A stretch of DNA of 64,000 nt from Octopus sinensis (lineage: Eukaryota), in NCBI RefSeq assembly GCF_006345805.1, contig NC_042998.1:170500001-170564000 (forward strand), written 5' to 3'. Shown one piece after another: positions 24,723 to 38,083 of this stretch. Made by a program: the position numbers and the translations under genes. A model generated the notes under the pieces. The model searched no databases. It worked only from the letters and a program-made list of their open reading frames with translations, and was not told the DNA's origin. How positions within the stretch are numbered: the stretch's first letter is position 1; each line of letters begins with the position of its first letter.

Positions 24723-25399
24723 TTTTAGACAATTCATTTCAAATTGTTTGCGCTAGGTTCAGTTGTATAGTCATTACTACAGACCATTTAGAGGGTCCTT
24801 TTTCAGTCTTTTTATTATTTCTTATCCCTTGTCCTCTATTCAGGAACAGCTGAAAAGCAGAGGTGTGCCTAAAGTGTAATCGTTTCACTGACTACCTGTG
24901 AGCTCCATTAGAGCAAACCTGAGACAACACAACAACAAATAATGTTTTCTGATTTAAACTGAAAGACAGCGATTTTGAAGGTTAGAGAAGGCTAGGGACT
25001 AGTTGATTATAAAACATCATCAGTACTTGACAGATAATTTATTTTTTTCATACTGAAGAGATGAAAGGAAAAGTTATCACAGTGGGATTTGAACTCAGAA
25101 CATAGAGTCAGAAAGCATAATTCCATAGCGTTTTTTCTGATGCTGTAACGATTCCACCACCTCGCAAGTATATGAAGTCTGGTCCTCAATTCGACATTGA
25201 GTGGAGGCATATTTGACCAGAAATAGCAGCCAATCCATTCAAACCACACCTGGCATCTTGAAACAAGATGATGCCTGAAAAACAGATAGGATTGCTACAA
25301 TTAAAACGATTTTGTTGTGTACAATGGCGGTTGGGTGGAATTATGATGTAAGCACATGCTAAAACTCCTCATAACTTTTTTATCACAGAGAAGGTTATA

Positions 25400-27535
25400 G
25401 TCCATCTCATTAGGTAGAGAGTCTGCTTAGATGAGATGCAGTTCAGTTTTGTTCCAGATAGAAGCACCACTGATGCCATATTCCTGGTTTGACAACTGCA
25501 GGAGAAATGCCTGGCTAAAGATAAACCCCTATACTTAGCTTTTGTGGACTTGGAGAAAGCCTTTCACAGGGTCCCCCGACCCCTTATCTGGTGGGCAATG
25601 CAGAAACTGAAGATTGACGAATGTTTAATAAGGGCTGTACAGGCCCTATAAAGAGAGGCCATTAGTAAGATTAGGATTGGCAATGAGTATAGTGAAGAAT
25701 TCCAGGTAGAAGTAGGGGTCCACCAAATTTCAGCCCTCAGTCCCCTTCTATTCATCATAGTCCTCCAGGCAATAACAGAGGAATTCAAGATGGGTTACCC
25801 CTGGGAGCTCCTCTATGCTGATGACCTGGCCCTCATAGCAGAATCACTGCCAGAACTAGAAAAGAAATTTCGAATGTGGAAGCTAGGTTTAGAATCAAAA
25901 GGCCTTAGAGTAAATTTAGCAAAGACCAAAGTTATAGTAAGTAGGAAGGCAAACTCATCCCACACCCCATCAGGTAGGTGGCCCTGCTCGATCTGTAGAA
26001 AAGGTGTAGGTAGAAACTCCATAAGATGTACCCAGTATAAGCTATGGATGCATAATAGGTGCAGCAACATCAAAGGAAAATTAACTGAGAAGATAGCTTT
26101 CGTGTGTGGCAGATGCATAGGGGCAATAGACACCACAGATACTCAGAGAACAGATTCCATCACACTCCAGGGGAAGAAACTAGAAGTAGTTGATAGTTTC
26201 CGCTACCTAGGTGACGAAGTTAGTAGTGGAGGTGGATGCGCAGAGAGTGTCACCACTAGAATACGAAAAGCCTGGGCAAAGTTTAGAAAGCTCCTACCCC
26301 TACTGGTGACAAAGGGTCTTTCGCTCAGAGTGAAAGGTAGATTGTACAATGCATGTGTGTGAACTGCCATGCTTCACGGTAGTGAAACATGGGCTGTGAC
26401 TTCAGAGGACATGCATAGGCTTGAAAGAAATGAAACTAGCATGATCCGCTGGATGTATAATGTCAGTGTGCACACATGACAGAGTGTAAACACCCTGAGA
26501 GAAATGCAGGACATAAGAAGGATCGGATGTGGTGTGCAAGAGAGACGTTTGCGCTAGTATGGTCATGTACTATGGATGCATGAGGAGAGATGTGTGAAGA
26601 AGTACCACTCCCAAACAGTTGAAGGAATCTGGGGTAGAGGTAGACCCAGGAAGACATGGGATGAGGTGGTCAAGCATGACCTTCGAACGTTGGGCCTCAC
26701 AGAGGCAATGACGAAAGACCGAGATCTCTGGAGATATGCTGTGACTGCAAAGACCCAACAAATAACGTGAGTTCATGGCTGTTTCCTGCACCAGTTTTGC
26801 ATAGCCCCAGCCCATCTGAAGTACCTTGGATTGCAGAACGACCTGCTGTGCTTACCTTGGATAGTAGGGTGACCTGCTGTGCTTGAGGAGACCTATTGAG
26901 TCAAGTACACCAACATCAAAATAAATATCAAATGGAAATTGTAGTTGTGATACCTGTGCTGGTGGCATATAAAAAGCACCATCTGAACATGGCCGATGCT
27001 TGCGTCGCCTTGACTGGCTTCTGTGCCGGTGGCACATAAAAAGCACCAACCGATCGTGACCGCTGCCAGCCTCTCCTGGAACCTGTGCTGGTGGCACATA
27101 AAAAGCACCATCCGAACATGGCCGATGCTAGCGTCGCCTTGACTGGCTTCTGTGCTGGTGGCACATAAAAAGCACCAACCGATCGTGGCCGCTGCCAGCC
27201 TCTCCTGGAACCTGTGCTGGTGGCACATAAAAAGCACCATCCGAACATGGCCGATGCTAGCGTCGCCTTGACTGGCTTCTGTGCTGGTGGCACATAAAAA
27301 GCACCAACCGATCGTGGCCGCTGCCAGCCTCTCCTGGAGCCTGTGCTGGTGGCACATAAAAAGCACCCACTACATTCACGGAGTGGTTGGCGTTAAGAAG
27401 GGCATCCAGCTGTAGAAACACTGCCAGATCAGACTGGAGCCTAGTGCAGCCTCCTGGCTTCCCAGACCCAGGTCGAACCGTCCAACCCATGCTAGCACGG
27501 AAAACGGACGTTAAACAATGATGTTGATGATGATA
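25400..27535 (+). mobile_element. RTE-clade LINE, 5'-truncated: RT remnant, long 3' UTR with tandem array, (ATG)n tail
   Basis: FVDLEKAFHRVPR, LSPLLFIIVL, ELLYADDLAL, GRGRPRKTWDEVVKHDL; stop at 26770; tail gatgttgatgatgat near 27520-27535. Confidence 0.92.
26954..27367 (+). repeat. Higher-order tandem array: 7 x 27-bp motif with alternating 40/35-bp spacers (129-bp period)
   Basis: Motif CTGTGCTGGTGGCACATAAAAAGCACC starts at 26954, 27021, 27083, 27150, 27212, 27279, 27341. Confidence 0.95.
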
Positions 27536-27770
27536 TACAACAAAGATTAATGGTATGAATTAAAAAAAAACTCCTTTAGGAACAAACGGTTTTCACAATG
27601 AATAACAATTTAATCGGAATCAACACGATCTGAAGCATATTTATAGAAAATTTCACTAAGAAATATTTAATTTTCTCAAGGTTATGAAGAAGCAAATCTC
27701 TGGGACACAATTGTGTAGTTATGCTGAAATATTCATATATATATATATATATATACACTCGAGAATGTAT

Positions 27771-27821
<51 letters not shown>

Positions 27822-27959
27822 AGAATGTATATACAGGAATTATGATGTAAGCATGTGTTTACCTCATAATTTAGCCAGCGGATGGTCTGGCTGTAAGCAA
27901 TATTTAACAACTTACGTTTCATTACTATTATTTCTTCTCCTTACACAGCAAAAGTTATT

Positions 27960-28729
27960 TAAAGTGGCTCGGACTTTCCAAGCACACACACTCACACACA
28001 CACACACACATATGTACATGGAGAAAGGCTATCACAACAGTAGTGTTTATATGTGCATACAAACAGGTAAGACGTTTCCTATTACATTTACTCAAAAGCG
28101 TGTGTAAGCAACCGGTACTCCGAAACTTCAACATACTGTCGGACAAGTCTACTACTGTTTCTATGCATCTCATATTTTTGTACAATTTGTGAAAACCGCA
28201 GTTGTTTTTAACACACTTCCTTTCACCTAAAATTTGTAATTATTTCCTTTTATGATTTTTGCTTTCCTCTGTAATATTGTTTGTCTGATGTAACCGGTTC
28301 AAGTAAATTTAGTTTCACACTAGACAAGATTTCAATGCTAAATGACTTTTTTCTCGCGGTTTTTTTGGGGTGCAATCGTCTTAGTTGACCTCGTGAACTG
28401 TCAGAAATGCATTGCTTCCTCGGAAAACGAAGGGGGTGAGTTGGGGTGGAACCTCGGAAAATACCCTTTCCGGTCCCGATTTCACTTGGAAATCATTTTT
28501 TGAACTTTTTTTTTGGCGAAGTTTCGCCTAAATCCCTTATTTCTGTTCGGAAAAAAAGAGGGTGGGGACCCAAATAATGCGTTTTTGAAGGTGAGTAGAT
28601 TGATTACATTATGCTATCGCAGTTTTGTGAGATTTGGCTGTTATTTCAAGCATGTGGATAAACTGCTTGAAGACCTGAGGGTATATATGTGTGTGAGAGA
28701 GAGAGAGAGAAAGAGGTGCGTTGATGTGT

Positions 28730-28760
<31 letters not shown>

Positions 28761-30650
28761 GTGTGAGAGAGAGAGAGAAAGTGACAGCGTACATATTTTT
28801 TATTTTTCCTCACTTCATTTTGAGTCATTGACTGAGAGAGAGAGAGAGAGAGAGAGTAATAGCGTAACGCCTCTCTCTCTCTCTCTGTCATACACTAAAA
28901 AATTGTGAGAAAAAGTAAATGAATAAAATTCACGCTATCTCTCTCTTTTTCTCTGTCAAACACACACAGCAACACACACTTTCCCTCTCTCTCTCACACA
29001 CACACACATCAACTCATACCTTCTCTCTCGAAGTCATAATGAAATGGACTTTCAAACACTATTATTTCATCATCGCTATTATTTGTTCTTACCAAGTTAT
29101 TTATAGTGGCGGGGACTTCCCAAACACAAATACGCATGTGCCCACGCACACACACACATATGTATATGGAGAAAGGCTATCACAACAATAGTGTTTACAT
29201 GTACGTTCAAACAGGTAAGACGTTTCCTATTCCATTTGTTCAAAAGCGTGTGTAAGCAACCGGTACTCCGAAACTTCAACATACTGTCGGACAAGTCTAC
29301 TACTGTTTCTATGCATCTCATATTTTTGTACAATTTGTGAAAACCGCAGTTGTTTTTTAACACACTTCCTTTCACCTAAAATTTGTAATTATTTCCTTTT
29401 ATGATTTTTGCTTTCCTCTGTAATATTGTTTGTCTGATGTAACCGGTTCAAGTAAATTATAGTTTCCCACTAGACACGATTTCGATGCTAAATAACTTTT
29501 CCCCGCGGTTTTTGGGGGGTGCAATCGTCTTAGTTGACCTCGTGAACTGTCGAAAATGCATTCTTTCCTCGGAAAACGGACGGTGGGGGGGTGTAACCTC
29601 GGAAATCCCCTTTCTAGTCTCGATTTCACTTGGAAATAATTTTTTTGAGCGTTTTATGGTTAATGTTTACAATATTACCCAGAAATGGGGGAAAATAGTG
29701 CAACGGGTGTAAAAAAAAGTGTAGGAAACGAATATGAAAACAAAAATGCGCAGAAAGCAATGAGGGTGGAGGATTTCGGAAAATTCACAAGATCCAAATT
29801 TTTCCCTCGTAACTTTTAGGATGAAATTTTAATGAAATTTTATATAAATACCTTGCAGACTGCATACATTACGGTTATTAAGAAATTTGTGGGTAAAATC
29901 TTTCCGAGAGGGTGGGGAGAGAACTTCAAAAATTTCACATGATCCGAGGTTTTCGCCCATAACTTTGAGGAAAATAAATATATTTTAATGAAATTGTATA
30001 TAAATACCTTTCAAATGACATGCATTACAAATGCCTAATGTACTATAAATCCCTTATTTTTGTTAGGAGAAAAAAGGGTCAAACTAAAGCGTTTGACCCG
30101 GTCATAAAAACCAAAAAAAATAGTGTAATAGGTGCTAAACAACTTGCTCTAAACGAATATGACAAAAAAAAAAATTCGCGCTCGCGAAAGGGGGTGGGGG
30201 AGATTCCTCGGAAAATTCACATCGTGAATTTCCGAAAGCGTCTGCGGGTCTGACTCGGGCACAAAAACAAAAAAAAAATAGTGTTATAGGTGTAAAACAA
30301 CTTGCTCCAAAAGAAAATGACAAATAAATTGCGCGCTCGGGAAAGGGGGTGGGTGGAGGAGAGGACTCGGAAAATTCACATCGTGAATTTCCGGACACAA
30401 AAACAAGAAAAAATAGTGTAATAGGTGTAAAACAACTTGCTCTAAACGAATATGACAAAAAAATGTGCGCTCGCGAAAGTAGGGTGGGGGAGAGGCCTTG
30501 GAAAATTCACATCGTGAATTTCCGAAAGCATCTGAGGGTCTGACCTGGGCACAAAAACAAACAAAAAATAGTGTAATAGGTGTAAAACAACTTGTTCTAA
30601 ACGATTATCAAGAACACACACACACAAAGAGAAATGGTTGGTTCAAGGCA
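27960..30650 (+). mobile_element. Composite repeat element: two tandem partial copies (28020-28480 ~ 29160-29630) plus a 135-158-bp subterminal tandem array (30105-30630)
   Basis: Array units (tagtgtaataggtg) start at 30121, 30279, 30414, 30569; inverted relative at 34760-35125. Confidence 0.7.
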
Positions 30651-30659
30651 AGTGTGCAT

Positions 30660-33326
30660 TGAACTGAATTTAAATAAGCAAGAAAGATATCAAAGATAAG
30701 GCCATAGCACCATCTTTAGTATCTAAGCGGGGTGGGGACCAGAGCCGCTCGATGGGCCCGCATGGCGGAGGCGAAGTGAGGCAACAAAGCAACCATTCGG
30801 TGGACCAGAACGGGCGCAAGGTTACCGAACCGAAGCAGATGTGTGCTGTGTTTCAGCGGCACTTTGCTCAACTGTTTGGGACGACAAGCGGTGGAACGGA
30901 CACCAACGGTACAGACATCGGTGTGTACCTGGTCGGCCTACCACGGCTCTCGAACAGCGAGGCAGAGTGCTGCGAAGGACCAATATCTGCCTGGGAAGTG
31001 GAGGAAGCGATGAAGAGTTGCACGAGAGGTAGATTGCCGGGTTTGGATGGTCTGCCCTACGAGCTTTACACTTCAATGCCAGACTTGTTTGCGGGCCTGT
31101 TGGCAAACGTCTACTGCAACTGGCAGCAAAATGGGAGAATTCCTGCTTTTGTCTGTTGAGGGGTGGTGGCTTTGCTAAAGAAGGACCCAAACAAGGGGGA
31201 CGTTATAGGGAATTTTCGGCCCATCACTCTGCTCAATGCAGAGTTGAAAATTTTGGCCAAGGTGCTAGCCAAGAGATTGGCGCTTGTCCTGGACAAGATG
31301 CAGACATGCGCCGTGCCAACCAGGTCGATACACGACAACCTCCATCTCATGTGCTGCATCATAGAGAGGGTGGGTAATGACGCTGGCGCGAGTGGGGCTT
31401 TGATCAATTTAGATCAGAGTAAAGCCTTCGATAGGGTTGACCATCGGTACCTGGCAGCTGTTCTCAAGGCAGCCGGCTTCGGTCCAGTCTTCCGCGGGTG
31501 GATCGCTGCTTTATACAGCAACATCTGCTCGGTGATATGGGTGAACGGTCACCTTTCGGAACCGTTTGACATCTCGCGTTTGGTCCGCCAAGGACGCCCT
31601 CTCTCCTCCCTCTTGTACATATTGACTCTCGAGCCATTACTGCGGAAGTTGGAGGCTTTGAGGGGTATCCCACGTGATCTAGGAGGCGGAAACAGCGTGT
31701 CTGCCTATGCCGACGATATCACCGTGATGGTGTTGAGCCACAGGCACATTGGCCTGATTGGCGAGACACTAAACGAGTACGAAGCGGTGACAGGGGCAAA
31801 GATTAATGCGGAAAAGTCTGTGGGCTTGCAACTGGGCATCTGGAGAGGCAAGCCCATGCCGTCCAACAGCGTCGTAGGGCACTGGACAGATGGACCCGTT
31901 AAACTGCTCGGGGTCTGGTTCGGTCCGGACCTCCAGGTGGATAAAATCTGGGAAGAGGTGATGAGCAGGGTGGCACGTCTCACCCAGAAATGGGCTGAGA
32001 GGAAGCTGTCCCTGAAAGGTTGAGCGGAGGTGGCGAATGCGTACATCGCATCCGTAATCTATTACCGCTTGACCGTCGTCCCTTGTCCCGACCACTGGTT
32101 GGCCAAGCTGGTACGCCTGCTCTTCGACTTTTTGTGGAAAGGTCAGGTGCCACTGGTCAGGCGATCCATCTGCTGTCAATGACCGCTGAACGGAGGCCTT
32201 GGCATGCCGTGGTTACTGATGCGCAGACATGCGCTCAGGCTGCGATATCTCAAGCGTTTCCTAGACGGTGAACAGGTGTGGTCGTCTTTTGTCAGACGCG
32301 ACTTTCCGCAGCTCGTCTCTTTGACAGAGCTGCAGACCTGGATCAAACGTAGACCGAGAAAGGGCGTTTGGCACCTCGAGTGCCGTCAAGCTCTCTCCGC
32401 CCTCCGCCAGGCGGGCAATGCGATCGGTTTCAGCTCCACTCTTGCGTTCTATAGAGGGTTAGTGGATGAAAAATGCGACGACGTTCTCGGGGAAACTCTA
32501 GGCGTTGACGATAACGAACTGAGCGGTCTGTTTGGGAGGACTTTCAGGCCGGGGCCAATGGACAATTTCCAGAGGTTGCTCGCCTGGCAGTGCTACCGAG
32601 GGGCTCTGCCTGTTTGGGATTAACTCTACCGGCACAGAAGTGCCATCAGCCGGGCCTGCCTGAGGTGTTGCCAGGACGACAAAACCGTTCTGCACGCACT
32701 CGTCCAGTACCCGAGTATTGCTGAACTATGGGTTTATGTTGAACAGTTACTGTCACGTGTAGGACGGATCCGGCTATCAGCCGAATCCATAGTGAAGATT
32801 GCCCCGCCGACCTCCTTTAATAGGAGGGCGAGGCCGTTTTCCTGTGGCGAAAGAGGTTGTATGGTGGACCCGTTTGAAAGGGCTAAAGTCAGACACTTTC
32901 CTCTTTGGTCAAGGCCTCATCAACTTTTTCAAGTTTCACTTGAAAAGGAAGATGAGGTTAGAGAGGAGAGTGCTGACCGATAGCAAGTTTTCTGAAAGGT
33001 GGGTGAATTGTGCAAGAATGGCCAGTATAAATGGACCAATTCTCAAGTTTCACCTGTGATTGAAAAAGGTTTTATAAAAGGAGAAAGGGGCTCTCTACCC
33101 ACCTTTTTTGACCAGGCTCCCATTGGCTTTTATGGGTTTTTTCCACCAGGAACCTTTCGTAACGCCTCCCCCTTTTGGGAGATTTTCATTGTTATAATCT
33201 TTCGTTGTTGAACTGTTTTTACTCGGATTTTTTCACAAACGGACAAAACCCTTTGTAACCTTTCATCCTGTTTTGTCCCTTTATGTTTACTAATCATGTG
33301 TGTCAGCCCTTGTGGCCAATAAAAAA
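30660..33326 (+). mobile_element. Tx1/L1-clade LINE, 5'-truncated, several in-frame stops, polyA end
   Basis: PGLDGLPYELY, NFRPITLLNAELKILAKVLAKRL, LDQSKAFDRVDH, RQGRPLS, SAYADD; AATAAA at 33318; 5' boundary approximate. Confidence 0.9.
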
Positions 33327-33739
33327 GAATTAATTATTATTATTATGGAGTTGAATGTGTGTGTGTGTGTGTGGTGAAGTTATTAATATCAATATCAATA
33401 CATTAACCAACACCATTGAAGTGAAATAATAGTTTCTATACTTTTGGTTTGGCACTGCTGAATTGAGTCAAAGACTATATAATACAAGTCAGCAGAAAAA
33501 AATAAGAAAAATGCGATATCCATAACAGTAAAGAAATAAGACCTCCCCCAAAGAGTGACCCTTGTGTTTAAAATCTCCCTAACAAAAAGAAGGGAGGTTG
33601 TTTGGCTATGGGCTACATTGATCTTTTCATGTTGTGGTTTAGCCAGAAAGTTTGCTCAAATCAAGTAAACTTATGAACCAAAGGTAACCTAGCCATGACC
33701 ATCTTAATGGTTTTCTTTCTTTTTGTCAGACATGGCTAT

Positions 33740-34090
33740 GTGATTAAGATGGTTTCAAGTTCAATTCCACTGCATAGCACTTTGGACAAGTGCCTTCTAC
33801 TCTACCTGATCCCAGGCTGACCAGTGCCCAGTGAGAGAATTTGGTAGATAGAAACTGTGGAAGTCTGTTGTATGTGTGTGTGTGTGTCTTTGTACCCCAC
33901 CCTCACTACTTGACAACTGGCATTGGTTTGTTTACATCCCTGTAACTAAGCAGTTCAGTAAAAAGTTCAACAGAATAAGTACCAGAGTTTAAAAAAATAA
34001 GCATTGGGGTTGATTTGTTTGAGTAAAATCCTTTAAGGCAAAGCCCTAGCATGGCTGCAGTCCAATGACTGAAACAAGTAGAAGAGAATG
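33740..34090 (+). mobile_element. Degenerate tRNA-derived SINE (family of 45177-45590)
   Basis: ggtttcaagttcaattccactgc..ctttggacaagtgccttctact..cttgacaactggcattggtttgtttacatccc..gcatggctgcagtccaatgactgaaacaagt. Confidence 0.7.
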
Positions 34091-34759
34091 GTGTACCAAA
34101 GATTATACCATTCAATGTGTTCTAATGCTCCTCTTGAGTCATTGCAAGTGAACATGTGCTGTAAAGACATGGGTAGAGAAGCTCCAGAGTGATACCATTC
34201 AGGGAAGGATTGAGCATAATTTTTAGAGAAGAAGAGAGACAATGGTAAGAAATGCCTGATTGAGATGGTGCAAACCTCAGCCAGGTCTGAAGATAATAAG
34301 TTGTAATTTTGTTGTCTATACCTAAAACATGGACTGCTTGTTTATACCCAAGAAATGGACTTGCTGTTTGTACTCAAGAAATGTGCAACACAGAGGTTAT
34401 AATTATTTCTATAACATAATAATTTAAATGTATGTTAAAGAGAATTTGATAACACAAACTGTCTGCATAAAGAATTTAAAAAATGAAAAAGAGTGGCAAG
34501 TTTTGTAAATAGGGGCAGAGTAAGGTTGACTATTTAAGAGAATTTGCAGCGTATAAGATGTTTGTAAGCAATTCCAGAACAACAAAAGCCGCTAGTTTCA
34601 CTGCAAAATTCTAATTTCGTTTGTGTCTAAATTTTTTGTGTCTTTGAAACCATGGCAAACCCCTGACAAAAACTCATGCTGCATCTCTTTTGTCAGTGAA
34701 CAAGTCTCAGTTTCAAAGTGACAAAAATATCAACATTGAAAAGAGATTTAAATGTTGCA

Positions 34760-35125
34760 GTGAACCAACCATTTCTCTGTCTGTGTGTATGTGTGTGTGC
34801 GTGTATGTTCTTGATAATTGTTTAGTACAAGTAGTTTTACACCAATTACACTTTTTTTTCTTTTTTTCCGGCCCGGGTCAAACATTATAGTTTAAAGGCC
34901 ATGGACTGAAGATGTGAATCTTCTAAGTCCTCTCCCCCACCCCACTTTCGCGAGCGTGCATTTTTTTTTTGTCATATTCGTTTAGAGCAAGTTGTTTTAA
35001 ACCTATTACACTAATGTTTTTTGTTTTTGTGCCCAGGTCAGACCCGGAACATTCACGATGTGAATTTTCTGAGTCCTCTCCCCTACCCCCTTTTCTCGAG
35101 CGCGCATTTTTTTGTCATATTCAGA
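34760..35125 (-). mobile_element. Inverted copy of the 30105-30650 subterminal array
   Basis: Reverse complement matches gtgtaataggtgtaaaacaacttg..ttatcaagaac..agagaaatggttggttca. Confidence 0.8.
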
Positions 35126-35127
35126 TC

Positions 35128-35690
35128 TAGGAAACTCTTTGGACCACTGACTGTGTGCAAAACAAACCTCAAGAAATAACACTCAAAGTTGTTGGGATGC
35201 ACAGGGTAGATCCTTCCCAAAGCTGAATCACTCTTGATGCCTGGATGCCCTTCAACAGTCTAACCAAGAGCACATCTCTTCCATTGTTTAGTGGTCTGTT
35301 GCCATGTGTAATATTGAGGGACTTCTTGGTACAAAAGAGTAGAAGCAAATGGATCTGTGTTACAAAGCTCAAGAAAAGCAGTCAATGTTGCTGAACCTGG
35401 AGCTTCAAGTTGCTGCTGGGGATCTTGTGGATTGTCTGGATTAAAGTAGACTCACTGGCCATTCTCTAGATGTTCAGCTAGATGGATAACAGTTGGATGC
35501 TGTTCATGCAGCAGAAAATTAAACAATCTCCAGGCTGTTTCATTGCTGCTAATGTAGCATGCCATCTGGTAGTATGTCACCTCATTATTTATGTATTGGA
35601 AGTTTATCATGATATAACATTTTCTAATCCCTATCCAAGTAGAAATAGTCACATCAGATTTAAACATGAAATATCAAGTGTACTGTAGCT
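35128..35690 (-). mobile_element. Helitron Rep/Helicase fragment (pseudogenised)
   Basis: EVTYYQMACYISSNETAWRLFNFLLHEQHPTVIHLAEHLENGQ and SDSALGRIYPVHPNNFECYFLR..GPKSFLDL match conserved Helitron RepHel segments. Confidence 0.85.
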
Positions 35691-36419
35691 AATTTTATTT
35701 GGTCCATTCCACAAACAATTATTTGAGTAACTCATGCCAATATCTCTAACTTATGTCACAGGAATATTGACTTTAAAATTAATAAAGTTTATCATAAAAA
35801 TTGAAAGATATCCTACAGTGTATATTGCTTAAAGGACCAAATGAATGAATGAGTTATATCAATATAATAAGAGTTTTCAACATGACATGCGTCCATATAA
35901 AGATCTTTCGTTATTTAGAAACTTTACTGTTTCTTTTCCTTCTGAAAATTACGTAAGTTGCGTGTAACATTGAATTTTAAGTTTTACATTATGATAATTC
36001 CAATTCTTCACAGAGGCCCCCTGCAACTGTACTGTCCCTGCTGTAAACAAATTTATGGTTTAGGGTTAGTAATTAGTGAGTGTGGTATTATTGTAAATAT
36101 TTACCAAATTTTTATCCAGTTACAATTATGTTTATCAGCAACCAGCCTTTGTGTGAAAGTGTTGGTGTAAATGCTTTCTCTTTTGCAAGAGAAATTAATT
36201 TTTATCAGTAAGGACTAAACCCTTTGTTTCATTATAACAATTAAAAAGCATTTATCTTTACTTTTAAAAAAAGTGGTGGGGTGATAGACATATGACAAAG
36301 AATTATCCAATATCATGTTTGCTTCTGTCAGAATTGTTTACCTTTAAAGCAAAAAAATCAAAAGCGACGTATGACAGGTATGTAAAACATACCTGTCTAT
36401 TTACTTTCCCTGTTCATTC

Positions 36420-36945
36420 ACATAAACTATAGAAATTGTTGCATATACGCATGCAGAAACACAGAAAATTTCCAGATATTTAGCTGTTCGTTTTCAGTTT
36501 TAGACAACGGGATGAGTCAGGGAGGGGTATATGGATCAGTTTTGGAGATCTTCATAGAAAATTTGAAATAAGATATATTTTTTCCATATTCTTAATCTCC
36601 ATATTTTACCACATGGATTGAAAAAAAATTTGAAAAGAGTTAAAAATTTTTAATTTGGGGTGAGGGGAATTTAAAATTTTGAAAACATGGTTCTTTTCCA
36701 TATTTTGAATCTCCGTCATAGAAAACATAGGAATCTGCTGAAAAACAAAAATCAGAAGGGTCGTATGGGGAAAGGGGCTAAAGCCCCCTATATGGGCAAG
36801 GTCCCAAATCCCACCCCCAGAACCTTCCTCAAGTAGTGAAAAACCTTCATGCCAAATTTGGTACAGATTGATCCAACAGTTTGGCCATGCATTGAGGAAA
36901 CGCACACACACACACAGACAGTGAATTTTATAGATATAGAAAGAT
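36420..36945 (-). mobile_element. Non-autonomous Helitron-like element, 5' portion
   Basis: Minus strand begins atctttctatatctataaaa, then (tg)n, then ggatcaatctgtaccaaatttggc. Confidence 0.6.
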
Positions 36946-37309
36946 AGAGCTTGGAGCGGTCCTCTAGCTTGCCAGATCCCATCACACTGTCCAACCCATG
37001 CCAGCATGGAAAACAGACGTTAAATGATAATGATGATGATGATGGTATATAAGATGTAATAAGCAAAAACAAGAAAACAATATTATCCTGAATAATGTGT
37101 CATCAGTGTTAACATGTATTACTCAAGTACACCTGCAACTGTTGTAAGCTATCATATTACTGCCTTTCAGAAAAGTTAATGGAAGGTAGGCATTTATGGA
37201 ATAATCTGTTCTGTTTCCCAACTTGTATCAACATGATACAATGGAGGTTAAACTAACCAAGATGACGACAGAAAATGAAATAAAAAATATTCAATCACAT
37301 GAACCTTGA

Positions 37310-37556
37310 CTGGCTTCCGTGCCGGTGGCACGTTAAAAGCACCAACCGATCGTGGCCGCTGCCAGACTCCCCTGGCACATAAAAAGCACCGACTACACTC
37401 GCGGAGTGGTTGGCATTAGTAAGGGCATCCAGCTGTAGAAACACTGCCAGATCAAACTGGAGCCTGGTGCAGCCTCCTGGCTTCCCAGACCCCGGTCGAA
37501 CCGTCCAACCCGTGCTAGTGCGGAAAACGGACATTAAATGATGATGATGATGATGA
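37310..37556 (+). mobile_element. 5'-truncated RTE 3'-UTR copy with (ATG)n tail, inserted upstream of the IAP copy 2 coding exons
   Basis: Matches 27270-27535; 10-bp TSD with one mismatch TGA(A/G)CCTTGA at 37300-37309 and 37557-37566; empty site in copy 1 near 6600. Confidence 0.9.
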
Positions 37557-37623
37557 TGAGCCTTGATACTTTCAACTTGATTAGTTTTGTAAATTATTTA
37601 TACATTCTATTTATGCATCTCTT

Positions 37624-37963
37624 GTTTTTGTGTGTGTGAAGGTGCGTGGCTTAGTGGTTAGGGCATTCAGCTCACAATCATAAGGTCGTGAGTTCAGTTC
37701 CTAGTGATGCAATCTGTCCTTGAGCAAGATACTTTATTTACTGTTGTTCCAGTTCACTCAACTGGCAAAAATGAGTAGTACTTGTATTTCAACAGGCCAG
37801 CCTTGTTACACACCGTGTCACACTGAGTCTCCCTGAGAACTACGTTAAGGGTACACATGTCTGTGGAGTATGCAGTTACTTGCGCGTTAATTTCATGAGC
37901 AAGCTGTTCCATTAATTGTATCAGCTGGGACTCACATCAGCGTAACTGGCAGAGTGCTCCTTA
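37624..37963 (+). mobile_element. tRNA-derived SINE with CORE-like central domain
   Basis: A box (TGGCTTAGTGG), B-box-like GAGTTCAGTTCC, gtccttgagcaagatac; TSD CATCTCTT at 37616-37623 and 37964-37971; absent from copy 1. Confidence 0.85.
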
Positions 37964-38083
37964 CATCTCTTTTTACTTTGTAGTTTATACAACTTCATAC
38001 AAGAAAAAATTCACATATTTTTTATATTTTTGTCATTTCAGTCTTTGGATACAAATAATAATCAATAATACTGACAGAAAGTA

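Noticed and set aside
26954-27367. CRISPR array
   Set aside because: Spacers are only two alternating sequences, the context is a eukaryotic LINE 3' UTR, and there are no cas genes.
37640-37710. tRNA gene
   Set aside because: A/B boxes are present, but it continues into a CORE-like SINE body and is flanked by a TSD.
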